A stretch of 64,000 nt of DNA from Eledone cirrhosa (GCA_964016885.1 OZ024740.1:336908001-336972000), one strand, 5' to 3'; numbered from the stretch's first letter, positions 33,745-46,386 are shown. The notes: a model not told the origin generated them from the letters alone. Made by a program: numbers and translations.

Positions 33745-34760
33745 TTCATCATCCTTTTACACCTACTTGCATGGGTTAGATGGGTCTTTTCTAACACAGC
33801 TACCCTTGTCATCCCCTAAATTTTGAGATTCATTCTCACTACTTCTGTCCAGGTCTTTCTTTCTCCAACAATCATCCTCATCTACCTACTGCATTCCTTC
33901 ATCATCATCTGTGACAGCTTCAGTGTTTTAAGATCCACTGTCACTACTTGACTCTGGGTTATCATCTACTGAAGCTTCTTTCCACTTCTTCACCCAATAA
34001 TCATCATCCATATGCATCCCAGCACAGTTTTCTCACTTGTACACTAGATTTAATTCCTCTTAGCTCATCCATGCTGGTTACATCTGACAGAACATGCTCA
34101 CTTAATTTCTCTTCAGCCTCTGCATTTACTGCTCATTTCACTTATATGCAACATCATACCACTGGCTTTTTGTTAGAGAAATCCTTTGTTGTCAACAGCA
34201 GTTCTCTTAACTTCTTCCATCCTCTCCTTATTCTAGCTATTATTTCTTCAGAGTAACCTCCTCCACTGTGAATTAGATCATCTAGGTAACAGAAACTACC
34301 AACTATTTCTAGAGAGCTTTCTAGGGATTGGAGAAAGTTTATTACACTGGAGCTCTTACTACTGTCCTTGTGCATCTCATACATACAAACTTACCTTTCT
34401 TCTTAGTCTGCCTATAATGATTCCATATCTCATGTGCCCATGTTTTACATTGTGTACATCAGTTACCACCTACGCCTTTTCTACATACTTAGTATGGCCA
34501 CAGATTAAGCAATAATAACTAGGTCATATGTATACAGAAGTTTCCATGTACACTGGGTCTTTAACTCCGTCATGGCCTAGAAAACTAAACAGGAAGGGGC
34601 TGAGGATTGAGCCTTGAACATCTACCTGCACATTGAATTCCAAACTAAACTCATTACCTATTCTCAATTTGCAAACTGCACCCGTGTACATGGCTAACAC
34701 TGTTCTCTCAAGCCATTCATCTACTCCCAATTTCCTTAAACACTCCAGTTTGGTATCCAG
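33745..34760 (-). mobile_element. Degenerate RTE LINE fragment (PHD-RTE family)
   Basis: [48 protein letters not shown] with many disruptions. Confidence 0.75.
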
Positions 34761-34900
34761 AAGGGCTTCCAACTGTAGAAAGCTTGTCAAAAGGATCGAG
34801 AGGACTCTTCCGTCACATGGCAACCTCTAGTACCATAATAAATGCACCCAATATATGATTGTAAAGTGATAGGAAGGGCATCCAAGCGCTAATAACCATG

Positions 34901-34932
<32 letters not shown>

Positions 34933-35690
34933 AGATTACTCTTCAGATGTGTCAAAGGTTTTAGTGATATGATAAAACACACCCACTACATTACTATCCA
35001 TACAATAATACTGAATATAATGTTTTAATGTTTACTGTTAAATGGCTAGGGAGAAAAAATCATGTAATAGTGTGTTGGTGAATGAACATTTATCAGGCTG
35101 CTGGTCATTTTCTAAAAATATTATTGACCAGTTTTTTGTATAGCCTCAGCCACAGTTTAAAGTAGCTGAACTATTTTCAGAAAGATAATATTCTAAGATA
35201 GATAAAAAGCTAGTGTTTGAAGGCAGTGTTATAGTTTTAGCTGCATTCATGAATTACGAGGTATAGCTGTGCTCACTTCTGTCACATAGTTTTAGGTTCT
35301 ATCCAACTGTGTGACACTATGGACAAGAGTCTTCTACAATACCATCAAATAGACCAATGCCCTGAGTGAACTTAGAAGCCAGACATGAATATGTGTGACT
35401 GCTTCACACTGGACATTGGTAGAGTAGGTGGTGATGTCTGTTTATATCCTATAGTTTAGAAGTTAGGTGCTAAAATCTATACTTCAGAAACAGCTGTAGA
35501 ATATCATCTCAATGACTTATCCAATCCATGCTAGCATGGATAAATGACCTTAAAACCTCGGATGTGTACTTCAAGACATCGGTTCAGATATAACATCATA
35601 ATATAATAAAGGGAGGAGTGCAGGATTGTGTCCTGAATATATTTTTTTATCTCGTTAGTAAGATAAGTTGGATTACTTGGAATAAATAAT

Positions 35691-35877
35691 TGTTTCTACT
35701 TTTAGGCACAGGGCCAGCAATTACCCAGTGCATTACTGGTACTTTATTTTATCGACTCCGTAAGGATGAAAGGCAAAGTCAACCTCGGCGGGATTTGAAC
35801 TCGGATCGTAAAGGGACGCAACTATGCTGGAAAGCATAGCGTCCGACCCTCTACCGATACTGCCAATCCACCGCCCT
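35691..35877 (-). mobile_element. Full-length tRNA-derived SINE inserted in tandem with a truncated copy (35899-35961)
   Basis: Minus strand GGCGGTGGATTGGCAGTATCGG (A box), GAGTTCAAATCC (B box), central GCCTTTCATCCTT..GTCGATAAAATAAAGTACCAG; other copies about 19310-19400, 20570-20665, 21050-21145, 23155-23245, 25200-25310, 30940-31085, 44530-44690, 47120-47330, 47570-47710, 57425-57548. Confidence 0.85.
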
Positions 35878-36229
35878 TCCTTACTTGGAATAAATAATTG
35901 TTTCTACGTTAGGCACAAGGCCAGCAATTACCCAGTGTATTACTGGTACTTTATTTTATCGAACACTTCCAGTATATGGCCGCCACCACCACTTCAACTA
36001 TATAGACAGAGCGAGAAAGAGAGAGTGTGTGATGAGAGAGATACAGATAGATCAAGTGACTATGTGACAGATATACATATATATAGAGAGTGAAAGAGAA
36101 AGATGAAGAGATTAGGATTTTTTCAACATGCTGACGTGTATGTGTATGTACATACATTTATATGTGTGAGTATATAACTAATCACCAAACAGACACAAAC
36201 ACAAAAATATATACTCCCTCTAATAATTT

Positions 36230-36620
36230 TTGGGTCAACCCAGCACGCTTGTAGCATTACTTCGCATGAATACGAGGCTGGGGTGCTGGAGCAACCAAGC
36301 ACCCTCGCGAGATTCACCAGTTACCTCAGTTAGGTGAGCCACCAGTGAAGATAAGAACCTTGCTGTCAGTAAGCCGACTCCCCCAAACATCTCGAACGCA
36401 ACAGGCTGGAAAGTGTAGTTAGCTGACATTACAGTATTTTAGGATTTTGTTCCGTTCAGCTGCGGATGCTGTAGCTCTCGCCCTTACCACTGCATCCAGT
36501 CTGTGGGAAGAAGCAAAAGAGTCACTAACTGACATCCCAGATAAAGCAGCTGCCTCTTGACCAGGGTAAAACCGTCACATTGTTTCCCATCAATTCTGGA
36601 CACCCAAACAGTTCTAAAAT
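36230..36620 (-). mobile_element. CRE-clade RLE fragment
   Basis: VTVLPWSRG..IWD...AAERNKILKY..SANYTFQPVAFEMFGGVG...WLLQHPSLVFMRSNA. Confidence 0.8.
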
Positions 36621-36754
36621 TGAGGGGATGTTTGCCTGGGTCAAAGTTCTTAAGTGGTAATAGGACAGTATGTGCACACGCGAGTTTGTCGGCGTTAAGT
36701 TAGAGACGCGTGTGTATCCCCTTCCTTACACACACGCACGCACGCACGCGCGCG

Positions 36755-37675
36755 AACAGAAGCAGGTAGAGAAGTTCAAGTATCTCAGGGCCATGTTCAT
36801 GAGTGATAATAATGAAAATATTGTGTACAGTGCTCAGGTGCACTACAACTCATCAAAAGTATGTATAATACATAGGGTAATGTACAAACGTCAGGAAAAT
36901 GAACAGTGCATGAGCCATGATATACACACGTGTGCATGTGTATGGGAGGGGGACATCAGGGTTTTAAAGGATGCAGTGTCTCGGCAGCTAACAACTGACG
37001 CAGGCAGTTTGTTCCATGCTTCAGCAACTCTAGCATGAAAAAATGTTTCCGAAAGTCATGGGAGCTGTGCTGTTTTCTGACTTTGTAGGCATGTCCATGT
37101 GTTAGACACATGGTGCTCAGGGTTGTTGTTGGCGAGATGGTTAATAACTTTGATGGGAGGCAGGAAGCTGAATTAAGTGCAAGAATTGCAGAAGCTGATG
37201 CAGTAATGCACCAGCTTCAGCCTTCAGTGATCAGAAGGGAGGTAGGTGTAAAAGCCAAGCTCACCGTCTGCCTGACAACTTTTACCAAGGGTCATGAATC
37301 TTGGGTAATGATCGAAAATACAATTTCAAATACAAGCGGCCAGAATGGGGTTTGGGGTTCCTCCAAAGTGTCTTTTGAGTAACGTCACTCAAAGTGCATA
37401 GATCGGAGATCAGAGTCACTACTTCTCCAGATTGAGAGATCACAGCTTCGATACTATAGGCATGTGGTTAGAATGTCTCAGGAAAGAATCGCTCGACAAA
37501 TTTTACAGGCAAAAGACCCCGAGAAAGACAGTTGGATAACATCCACAAGCTTGGCTGGTCACGCTTTGGGATCTAGCTGGATCAGTTAAAGATGTTTGCT
37601 TCTGAGAGACTCACTGGAAGGAGTGTTTGAGGACTGCCCCCACGACCCTCTTAGAAATAAGTGGGCGAAGAAGAT
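36755..37675 (+). mobile_element. Rex3/Expander-like RTE 3' fragment interrupted by a CR1-type 3' end (about 36808-37128, minus)
   Basis: QVEKFKYLRAMFMSD [insert] DGRQEAELSARIAEADAVM..GHESWVM; insert on minus reads GHAYKVRKQHSSHDFRKHFF..RVAEAWNKLPASVV. Confidence 0.8.
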
Positions 37676-37841
37676 AGTCAATTTACATATATCTATATGG
37701 ATATAATACCAATATGCACACAAAATATGCTAGCAGAAAACCACTCGAAGAGCAGTTCTTCTGCTAGTGTATACATGATATAATTTAGTACTGTATATGA
37801 CTACAATGAAAAATTCAAAGTGACATTATTTCATAATACAT

Positions 37842-37847
37842 TTTATT
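37842..37847 (-). terminator. Candidate polyadenylation signal AATAAA of SQSTM1
   Basis: TTTATT on plus about 700 nt downstream of the stop codon. Confidence 0.5.
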
Positions 37848-38105
37848 GGATAAATACAAAGTGAAAAGATATTTAAATTACAGACTACTACAATACAATT
37901 TATAATCAGAATTAGTCTGTGTTGAAACAGTATAAAGACTTAAGACTTTTTATAGGATTATATAATCACCAAGTCTAAGCAAAATAGAGGAAAGCGAAGT
38001 ACTTAAGTAACTAATATAATTTAAAATATGAGTTAAAAAAAAATGTGTGTTTATATATATGTATATCTAATATATATATATGCATACATACATATATGGT
38101 ATACA

Positions 38106-38202
38106 TATACGGTATACATATGCATACATATACGGTATACATATGCATACATATACGGTATACATATGCATACATATACGGTATACATATGCATACATAT
38201 AC
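38106..38202. repeat. 23-bp minisatellite x4 (TATACGGTATACATATGCATACA) in the SQSTM1 3'UTR
   Basis: CGG recurs at 38110, 38133, 38156, 38179. Confidence 0.9.
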
Positions 38203-38542
38203 ACACATTTACAACTGTAATACATTTAGTGACAAGACTGATATGACCAACTAATACCTACTTAACACAGTCGTGTTTTGTTGATGGTATAGAAACATAA
38301 TTAAAACTATACATACTACAATACATAAATTCATATAGTGAAGAATATTGTAATGGTTTCCAATTCAATAAGATGACAAAGAAAAGTTATACTGTTTAAA
38401 GTAGCTGAACTAATAGCTCTGCTCATGAATAACTAAAAAAAATGGGCAAATTATCTGGCACTTGATATACATTTCAATACACAGGACAAAATAAATGAAT
38501 GATATAACTAATATATAGGTGTAAATTGCAAGAGGAGGAAGA

Positions 38543-38688
38543 TTAATTTTTCTTCATGCTGTTTTGGATTGTATCTAGAACTGCACTGATATCTCCTTTT
38601 TTAGCTTCCAAAAGAACTGTCAGCCAGCCTCCTTCATTAGTGTATCCCATGCTCATCATTTGATCAAGTGCATCAGCAATCTTTGCAT
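38543..38688 (-). CDS. SQSTM1: Sequestosome-1/p62 exon 7 (UBA domain, stop)
   Basis: TTTCAG acceptor; [48 protein letters not shown]. Confidence 0.95.
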
Positions 38689-39722
38689 CTGAAAGAAATA
38701 GATATATGAATTAATATCTAACAAAACAAGAGATTATAAATTTTTATTGTTTAAATAGATGAAGTTATGTCTAAAATACTGAGTTTCTATTAAAACTAGA
38801 TGACCCTGCCAAGTAACAACATTTTTGCCAAAAATTCTAGCTATTTTAAGACTTCATAGGTACGCATCCCTTCATATTGTAAGAGATGAAAAGGGTTGAC
38901 ACCAGGAAGAATAAAACCATGCATCAAAGAGACAGACATTTGCCATGGGTCTTGCTTGACTAAACCCTGTTTTAGCAAGGAATTGGTCTCAGAACGCTGG
39001 TTATACTTCAAAAATTCATAATCTTATTAGAGATCCAAAAGCTAGGAATCATTTTCTATTGTTCAAAACCTGTTCAGGTCTCAGAACAGTTTAATCTTCC
39101 TAAGTGGAAAACATTGCAAAATGCTACAATTATTTTTTAATAAATATGCTTTGCTTTGATTAATAATAATAATTATAAGCTTCAGACAAAGCATGGTGTT
39201 TGTTCCAATACTTTACAGTCCAAGTTCAAATCCTGCCAAGACCAACTTGTCTTCCAAAATTGATAAGTATCATTCAAACTATGTATTTTGATCTATTTCC
39301 TTCTACCCTGTTTTGTACAAATGAATTTAAATCACTATATAAAAAAGTTTTCTCCAAGAATATGAACAAAAGGGGGGAGGGGAAGAGAGAGGGAAACATG
39401 AGCTAATGTCCCCAGTGAGCAAATTTTTAACTAGTTTACAAGAAAAACGTATGAGTTTTAAATTATTTGGTAAGGGTCATATTTTTTTAAATGTGCTCAT
39501 TTATTAAGCAAAAACAATTGTAAAAATGTTTAATCTCAGCCAGAGGCAGCAAATTAGCCAAAATGTTTTCCACATGACATTGAAAAAAAGTGGAAAAACG
39601 AGTGTTAAGACGGGCTTCAGGACCAATTCTGCACACATAGCTAATGAGGTTGTCAGTTGAAATTTTCAAATACAACCTATAGAACAAAGCCAAACAAATT
39701 TGATAATACAAGTACTCCTTAC

Positions 39723-39846
39723 CTGATGGATAATATAAAGCATTGTCTTGTTTTATGTTCTCACTGACCATCTCATAAGGTGCAGATTTGCGACTTTCAG
39801 GAGATAAATCACTTTTTGGTGAGAGAACAGTCCACCCTTCAGCATT
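39723..39846 (-). CDS. SQSTM1: p62 exon 6 (LIR motif)
   Basis: TAG acceptor, GTAAGG donor; NAEGWTVLSPKSDLSPESRKSAPYEMVSENIKQDNALYYPS; frame fits neighbours. Confidence 0.88.
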
Positions 39847-40476
39847 CTAGTAATAAAAAAGTAAAAAACAGTTATTAAAAAAGACAAATTTAAGTTTAGA
39901 AAGATAAGTGGATATTAACAATTAGCAGAAATTTATAAAGATTTTAACTTCTATTTGGCAAACATTACATATAGCTTGTTTTTTTAGAATAGATATACAG
40001 TATTACAGCTGCAGTAAGATGACTAAAAGGATTTGTTGTCCGATTGCAAAAAATAAATTCATGTCTGCATGGAGGCTGAGACAAACACTGTCAGATATGC
40101 AAACTAGCTGAATACTCAATAAGTAGTTTATCATTCCCATACTTTTTTCATGTCAGTATTTCCATGCTGACTAGTTGCTGGGTGGGCTACACCATCTTGG
40201 ACATACAGCAACACAAAAAACCCAATCCAGCTTGCATCTCTACATTTAGTCAGAACTAGGTGCATTTTATCAAACCAAAAGCACTTAAGTTGTTCCATGT
40301 GATAAAAACTAAAGAATTTCCTCTATCTTTATTCAGGTCCCCCTTCTGATGGGCAGCCTGTGCAGCATTTAAACATTTCAAACAGAAGGCAGAGTTAAGA
40401 AGACTAGTAATTAAGACATAAATTATACCCTCCACTTGGCTAAACTTTACATGGTGACAAGATGAATAAAACCTAC

Positions 40477-40976
40477 CATGCTTTCTCCAGCAGTAGGAGG
40501 CACTTTAACAGTTTCCTCACCTGCAGGGCAGTCAGCTGAGCTGAAATCACAACTGGTAGTATTTTCTGATTTCTCTGCAGGTTTCTCAGAGGATGTTCCC
40601 TCTTTCTTCTCTGCACTAGCTGCTGCTGCAGATGCTGCAGCAGCAGTAGCAGCAGCAGTTGCAACTGCATGGGCAATCCTATGAGCTTTCTCAGCTATAT
40701 CAGATGGTGACAGGTTACAATCAGCAGTTGCATCATGATGAACATTGGTGAAAACATGTGGACCATGGGCAAACATGTGTGGGCCACTGCTAAACACATG
40801 AGGTTTGTGTGCACCATGGGAACCCATACCCATACCCATAGGAGGGACTCCAAAAGGTCCTCCAAAGAAACCAAATGGAGGTGGTGGTGGTGGTGGTGGT
40901 CCATTTACGCCAGGACGGCCACTGAAAACTTTATGAAATTGACCCTCTTTTTCCAGTTTCATATCCAACTCAATAC
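40477..40976 (-). CDS. SQSTM1: p62 exon 5 (low-complexity Pro/Gly/His and poly-Ala region)
   Basis: TTTTAG acceptor, GTAGGT donor; GIELDMKLEKEG...GESM; ORF 40447..40968. Confidence 0.88.
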
Positions 40977-41289
40977 CTAAAAGAAATGGAAACAGTTAAC
41001 CATTAACAATGTCTAATTAAATGTCACAAAAAAAAAAAAAAAAACTAATGAAACAATTCCTTAATATTTGTGATTAGATATTACATGGATAGTTGGTTTA
41101 AACTGAGAAGATTACTTGAAATAAAGCTGATGCTCAGAAAATCCCTCTTTAAGACAAAGTAAAAATAAAGGCAGTAGTTCTTAATCTCAATTGAACGAAA
41201 ATTTTATTTCGTGCAAAGCTTTAAATATTGACACAGCTAAGTACTACAACTTAGATCAGCAAAACTAATAGTTTTATAAAATGTCTTAC

Positions 41290-41506
41290 CAAATGGGTTC
41301 AGCACAGAGGATAAGTGCTCTCCAAGGTTTTGGAACATGTTTTGAGCATATCCTGGAGGTTTTTTGGTTTCGTCTTTGTCTTTTTTCTCATCTGGTGTCT
41401 TGTTGGCAGTAGAAGAGGATGTAGAAGTTGATGTGCTGAAACTACAACTTCCAGGGCCAGCATAGGTGAAGCTACAATCACCACCTTCTTTAGGATTATA
41501 TTGAGG
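41290..41506 (-). CDS. SQSTM1: p62 exon 4
   Basis: TTACAG acceptor, GTAAGA donor; PQYNPKEGG...MFQNLGEHLSSVLNPFG matches conserved p62 FLKNVGESVAAALSPLG. Confidence 0.9.
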
Positions 41507-41814
41507 CTGTAAAACAAATTTAAGTTGCCATTAAATGCATTTGTATAGTTAGATATACAAGGCTCTTAAAATTTGTATATATACATAAACACTAACAAAA
41601 AATATTAACCATTTCAAGTTGTTTAAAAAAAAAAAATGTTTATCTAAAACTAATTTTTCACCAAGTATCGACCTACAGCTCCTTTGGAATTAGAATGTTT
41701 GTAAAGAAATTTCTTTCTCTGCCATCTTACGCCTATAAAATACAATCTTTGGGTGTTAATGTCACTGTTTCTTTTTAATGAGCTCTTTATAAATTAAGAA
41801 TATTAGATAACACA

Positions 41815-41880
41815 GAAAAAATAAAAAATAAAAAATAAAAAATAAAAAATAAAAAATAAAAAATAAAAAATAAAAAATAA
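41815..41880. repeat. (AAAAAAT)n heptamer run next to the exon 3 donor
   Basis: Direct reading. Confidence 0.9.
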
Positions 41881-41887
41881 CACTTAC

Positions 41888-42093
41888 GGGAACCATTCCT
41901 GGAATTGGAATCTTCATCATTGGATGTTCTGGGTGACTATCATTTTTCTCACACTCTTGGCAGAGATCATAGTCAGGGCAAACAAGACATTTGAAACGAG
42001 GACCACTTATTTCTTTTTCACAAGCATTACAAAACACGTTAGGATGCACAGGTTCCTCATTTGTAGTTTCAGGTTTCTGTTTACTATCATTTA
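41888..42093 (-). CDS. SQSTM1: p62 exon 3 (ZZ zinc finger)
   Basis: TACAG acceptor, GTAAGT donor; HPNVFCNACEKEISGPRFKCLVCPDYDLCQECEKNDSHPEH. Confidence 0.95.
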
Positions 42094-42772
42094 CTGTAAT
42101 TAGGAAAATAATCAATACACAAATAATAAAGGATTCATGTTCCATCACAAACTAATGACAGTGAATAAATATAACTATTTCCAGTTCCTTTTTAAGCCAC
42201 CTAAGACTACAATTTGAATCAGTCACGAGCCTTTAGAGATCAGTAAAATATGTAGTTATAAAACATTTAGAGGCTAACAATTAAGTCAAATTACACCTAT
42301 CAGAGATTAGGGTGTATCCTATATATTTGTTAAATATTACTATAATTGCCACTTTTTAAACAGCAGAAATTGTTCTCAGCTATGAAAACACTCATTGTGG
42401 GTTCTGATAGTTAATTCTGACAAGCCTGGCAATGATTTGAATGCTTTTATTTTACTACAAATGAATTATCAAATGTTACTGCTAATTAAAATATTTCAAT
42501 TCAACTAAAATAAAAAAATATTTCTTCAAATGTTTGTCAAAAGTATTATGTCATAGTTACTAAAATATTTCTGTAGAACTACTCCAGGGAAGCCATATAT
42601 GACTAAATAGAGATATTTCATATAAAACTAACTTTTTTCTCCAGAACCGACTTCACTACTGAAACATTTCACAAGCAATATTACATTAATGTAAAAATGC
42701 TCACATCAGCATTTATGTATTAAGAATCTATCAACATTTCAAAGCTGAAGTGAAATTTATATATTAATTTAC

Positions 42773-42868
42773 CTTTAATTATGATTTTGAAGATTGTACC
42801 GTCAAGAGTATCCACAGCTTCCTTCAATTCATTGTCACTTGCGAATCTAATCAGATCATTATCAGAGT
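42773..42868 (-). CDS. SQSTM1: p62 exon 2 (PB1 OPCA motif), 96 nt
   Basis: TTCAG acceptor, GTAAAT donor; DSDNDLIRFASDNELKEAVDTLDGTIFKIIIK. Confidence 0.92.
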
Positions 42869-45800
42869 CTGAAGAAAAGAGAAAAAAAAAAAAAAGGTTA
42901 ATATTAAACAAATTTATATATATAACATCCTTTCCAACAAGAACTGGATAAAATGTATTAAAATTGTAAATTATCCTATGGAATTATTCAAACAGATAGG
43001 TGTCAATTTACAATTAATCCTGGAGAAAAGTAAACATTTTCAACCAGTCAATTTCATTAAAATCTAATATAATAAACATCTAACTGAAACTAAATAGTCA
43101 TAAGTTACAATGCTATATGTAGAAAGAACACTACCACAAACCAAATTTAGATATTTCAAGTATTATAAACCTATGCAGTCAATGTCAACTAAGACAATGA
43201 AGTTTAACAAATGTGTTCAATGTTACTGGACTCAACATTACTACAAACATAGCTAGATAAAATAGAGGTGTAAGCATGTGTTCATTGTTACTCCTATGAT
43301 AGAATGAACTGTTTTTAATATCAGTTGTCACTTGAAATAATTATTTAAATTTGTAGTACACAGTCCTTTTAAACAGGTTTAAATATTGCAAATTACACTA
43401 GTAATCTATCAAATAGTATTTGGATCTCTCAAGGTGTTCTTTTTTAATAGATTAGAAAGCTAAATGTACAACAAGCCTCAGATTTTTTTCATTGACAAGT
43501 TCATCACATCGTCTATTTTCCCCTCCTAACAAGGATTGCAGTCTTTCAAGACCTGGACTTTATTCCTTTAAAATTTTTTAATTATTTAATCTAACAATGC
43601 ATTAGTTTTCAGCTTGTGCATAACTGTCAAAATCAAGTGACTGGAATCATTTTGAAGTGTTTATTAAGTTTTGTTTTAATTGCATTGAGAAGAATGTTCT
43701 CTAGATGTCCGATTTCCTGTTAAAGAATTTTTGACCTCTGATTTTGAATAACTCTTTTCCCAGGGTCAGAGATTTTGGAGCAACTGATTTTCAATGGAGA
43801 GAGTGCAAAGTATTATTTTTTGCACATCATTGTAGGAAAATATGTGAGTCTTTGTCAAAGTTAACTAAAATTCATGAGCTTGTTCACAAATACATTTTCT
43901 CCAACTAGAGATTATGAAAACAAACAAAACAAAACAAAAAACAGGAGAATTACACCAAATATGTTTATTTAATCAACGACGAAATTGATAAAAACAATAT
44001 TTATCAAAACTAAATCAATTGCTGTAAATCTTCAAGGCAATCCCTTTTTTTTCAGCCACCGACACGATAATCAGAATGGTGAGAAAATATATATTGTTTT
44101 TTCAATAAGAACAGCAGAAGTTTCTAGAGATCACACCCCAAAAATATGGTCTGGTTAAATGCAGAATAAATTGAGATAGAAGGTCGGGGTCTATCAACAA
44201 CTGAAATTTTCTGCACTCACGACCATAAGGTGCAATAATACTGATGCTCCATGGAAAGGGATTAACATAAAAACCTCATACCATGTTCGGCTATGTAAAA
44301 AAATAATCTAGCCTTGAAAATGGACCAGAGTGTACATTTCCCATACCGCTCTCTCGCATATACAGTCAAAATACATTTCTTTAGAATTGTAAATTAAAAG
44401 TAGCAAAGATAGTGAATTTCTCAGGCCATATATTTTAAATTGAAAAACGTTAAAGATAGAAAGAAAGAGAGAGGGGGGGGGGGTTTACCATGACTTTATA
44501 TGCACACAATCGAAAGTGGGGTAAATAATGATTTCTAGTTTAGGTACCAGGCTAACAATTTCATGAAAGGAAGGTCGATTAACTTAATCTCAGTTCTTGA
44601 TTAGTACTTTATTTTATCGACTGCGAAAGCACAAAAAAAAGCAATGTTGACCACATCGGGATTTAAGTTTCTGCCATTTAACAGTTTCTGCCCTTTTAAT
44701 GTCATATTTTGTGGGAAAAGTGTATCGTTGAAGGCAGTCTTTTGTTATTGACGATGAGAAAGTGTTTTTACATTGCGCGTTTAAAATTATTTTCGCAGAC
44801 AACTAATCTTAGCGTAAATTACTAAACACATCTGTTATAGTAAGGTAATGGCCAGTCGAAAAGCAAAAACTATAATACAAACTTGTACCCAATAACGTAA
44901 AAATACGTCAATATAAATCTACAGAGAAAAGAGGATTACTACATCTTAATTTTATTTCACATTCTTAACATTTGTAACAAAAGAAAACATTACAAAAAAA
45001 TCCCAAACATGTTCACAAATATAAATAAAAGAATTTAAGGTCGCATTAGCATATTTTACATTACATTAAAATTCACTATTAGAAAATAAAAGGTAGCATT
45101 CGACTCAAACCCTATCTGAGAAAATCGTCACATTTACATTGTTTATTTACACCATTAGAAGAAAATCTGTTATTACCAGATGTCCTGGAAGTTGATTCCC
45201 ATATTGTGACTATTCTATTTCATGAAATAGATAAATAAATATACATTTAATCTGGGACATTCAACAAAAAAGTGTTTTCGAATGACCTTTACAGTTTTTT
45301 GAAAAAAAAAAAAAAAAGGAGTCCTTTGCACTTGATTAGGAAGTAAGTTTAATTGATAACACTTTAAAAAAAAAACAAAAAAAAACAAAAAAAAAAACAA
45401 CGAAGCAAAGGAATGATTTCCCCACTGAAAATCAGTGAGGGGGTGAGGGCTTTTTATAATATATAAATAAATCATTAACACAAATATCCTCTAAATTATT
45501 TAGAATTTCCAGGCCCATAATTCAGCCTCTTCATTTATTTTCTTCAAGAGAATCGACAAATGACTGAAGGTTCTAGAAAAGACTACAAGAGATATTTTTT
45601 TCAAAACCTAACAAATCGGTCGTTTGACCAGTTTTAAGTCATGACGCAGTTAGTTGTTTAGCCCTAGGTCACCCTTAAAAGCAAAAATGTGCTTCATTCA
45701 TGACCATCCCGTCTTTCGCATACATATATATTATATAAGATTATGTATGCGCTTTTCAGTTTCAAGACGATAGAGGATGTGACTTGATTGGAGACATGGC

Positions 45801-46091
45801 TGCAATATTTTAGTCAGATCGAGCAACCATGTAGAGGTTTTTGCGAGTATTATTTTGTATTGGTTGCTAGATTTATATTATATAATTACACATACAAAAA
45901 TATATTTCAAATTAGCTATATAAACTGATCGAATATAACAAAATATATTAAACATTTTAGCGAAGAGGTAAGTTTTTAAAGTAGAGAGCAGATGAAAAAT
46001 AGAACGGAAATAAATATGACGATATAGGAGAAAGAAAGGCGACCATATTGAAAACAGATTCGGAGTATAGCTGAAAATATCAATTTCTTAC

Positions 46092-46260
46092 CTTGCCAAT
46101 ACAGAGTAAATTGGCCGTGAGACAGACTTGGAAATACATCGCTCATCCTATTGAACAAGAAATCGTAGTTGAACCCTATAGGAACACTAAAACGACGAAT
46201 CTCGTCGAAACACTTGCTCTGGTCATCTGTAGACTTGTATGCTTTTATTGTCAACGACAT
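46092..46260 (-). CDS. SQSTM1: p62 exon 1 (PB1 N-half)
   Basis: MSLTIKAY...EIRRF...FTLYWQ, GTAAGA donor; joined CDS is 1458 nt with an open frame. Confidence 0.95.
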
Positions 46261-46386
46261 TTTGTGGTCGACTTAATGTTGTTATTGTAAATAAAATTAC
46301 TTCTTATAGCAACAAAGAGTTAACTGGCTGCGTTTTTGTTCAAACTGTGTCCCGAGATGATTACGGACTAACGTTAATAGGTGCTG

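Noticed and set aside
35691-35877. tRNA gene
   Set aside because: A and B boxes are present but there is no cloverleaf; it continues into a SINE body with many dispersed copies.
41299-41517. Listed 72-aa ORF as the p62 exon 4 translation
   Set aside because: Wrong frame; splice phases and homology support the PQYNPKEGG...LNPFG frame.
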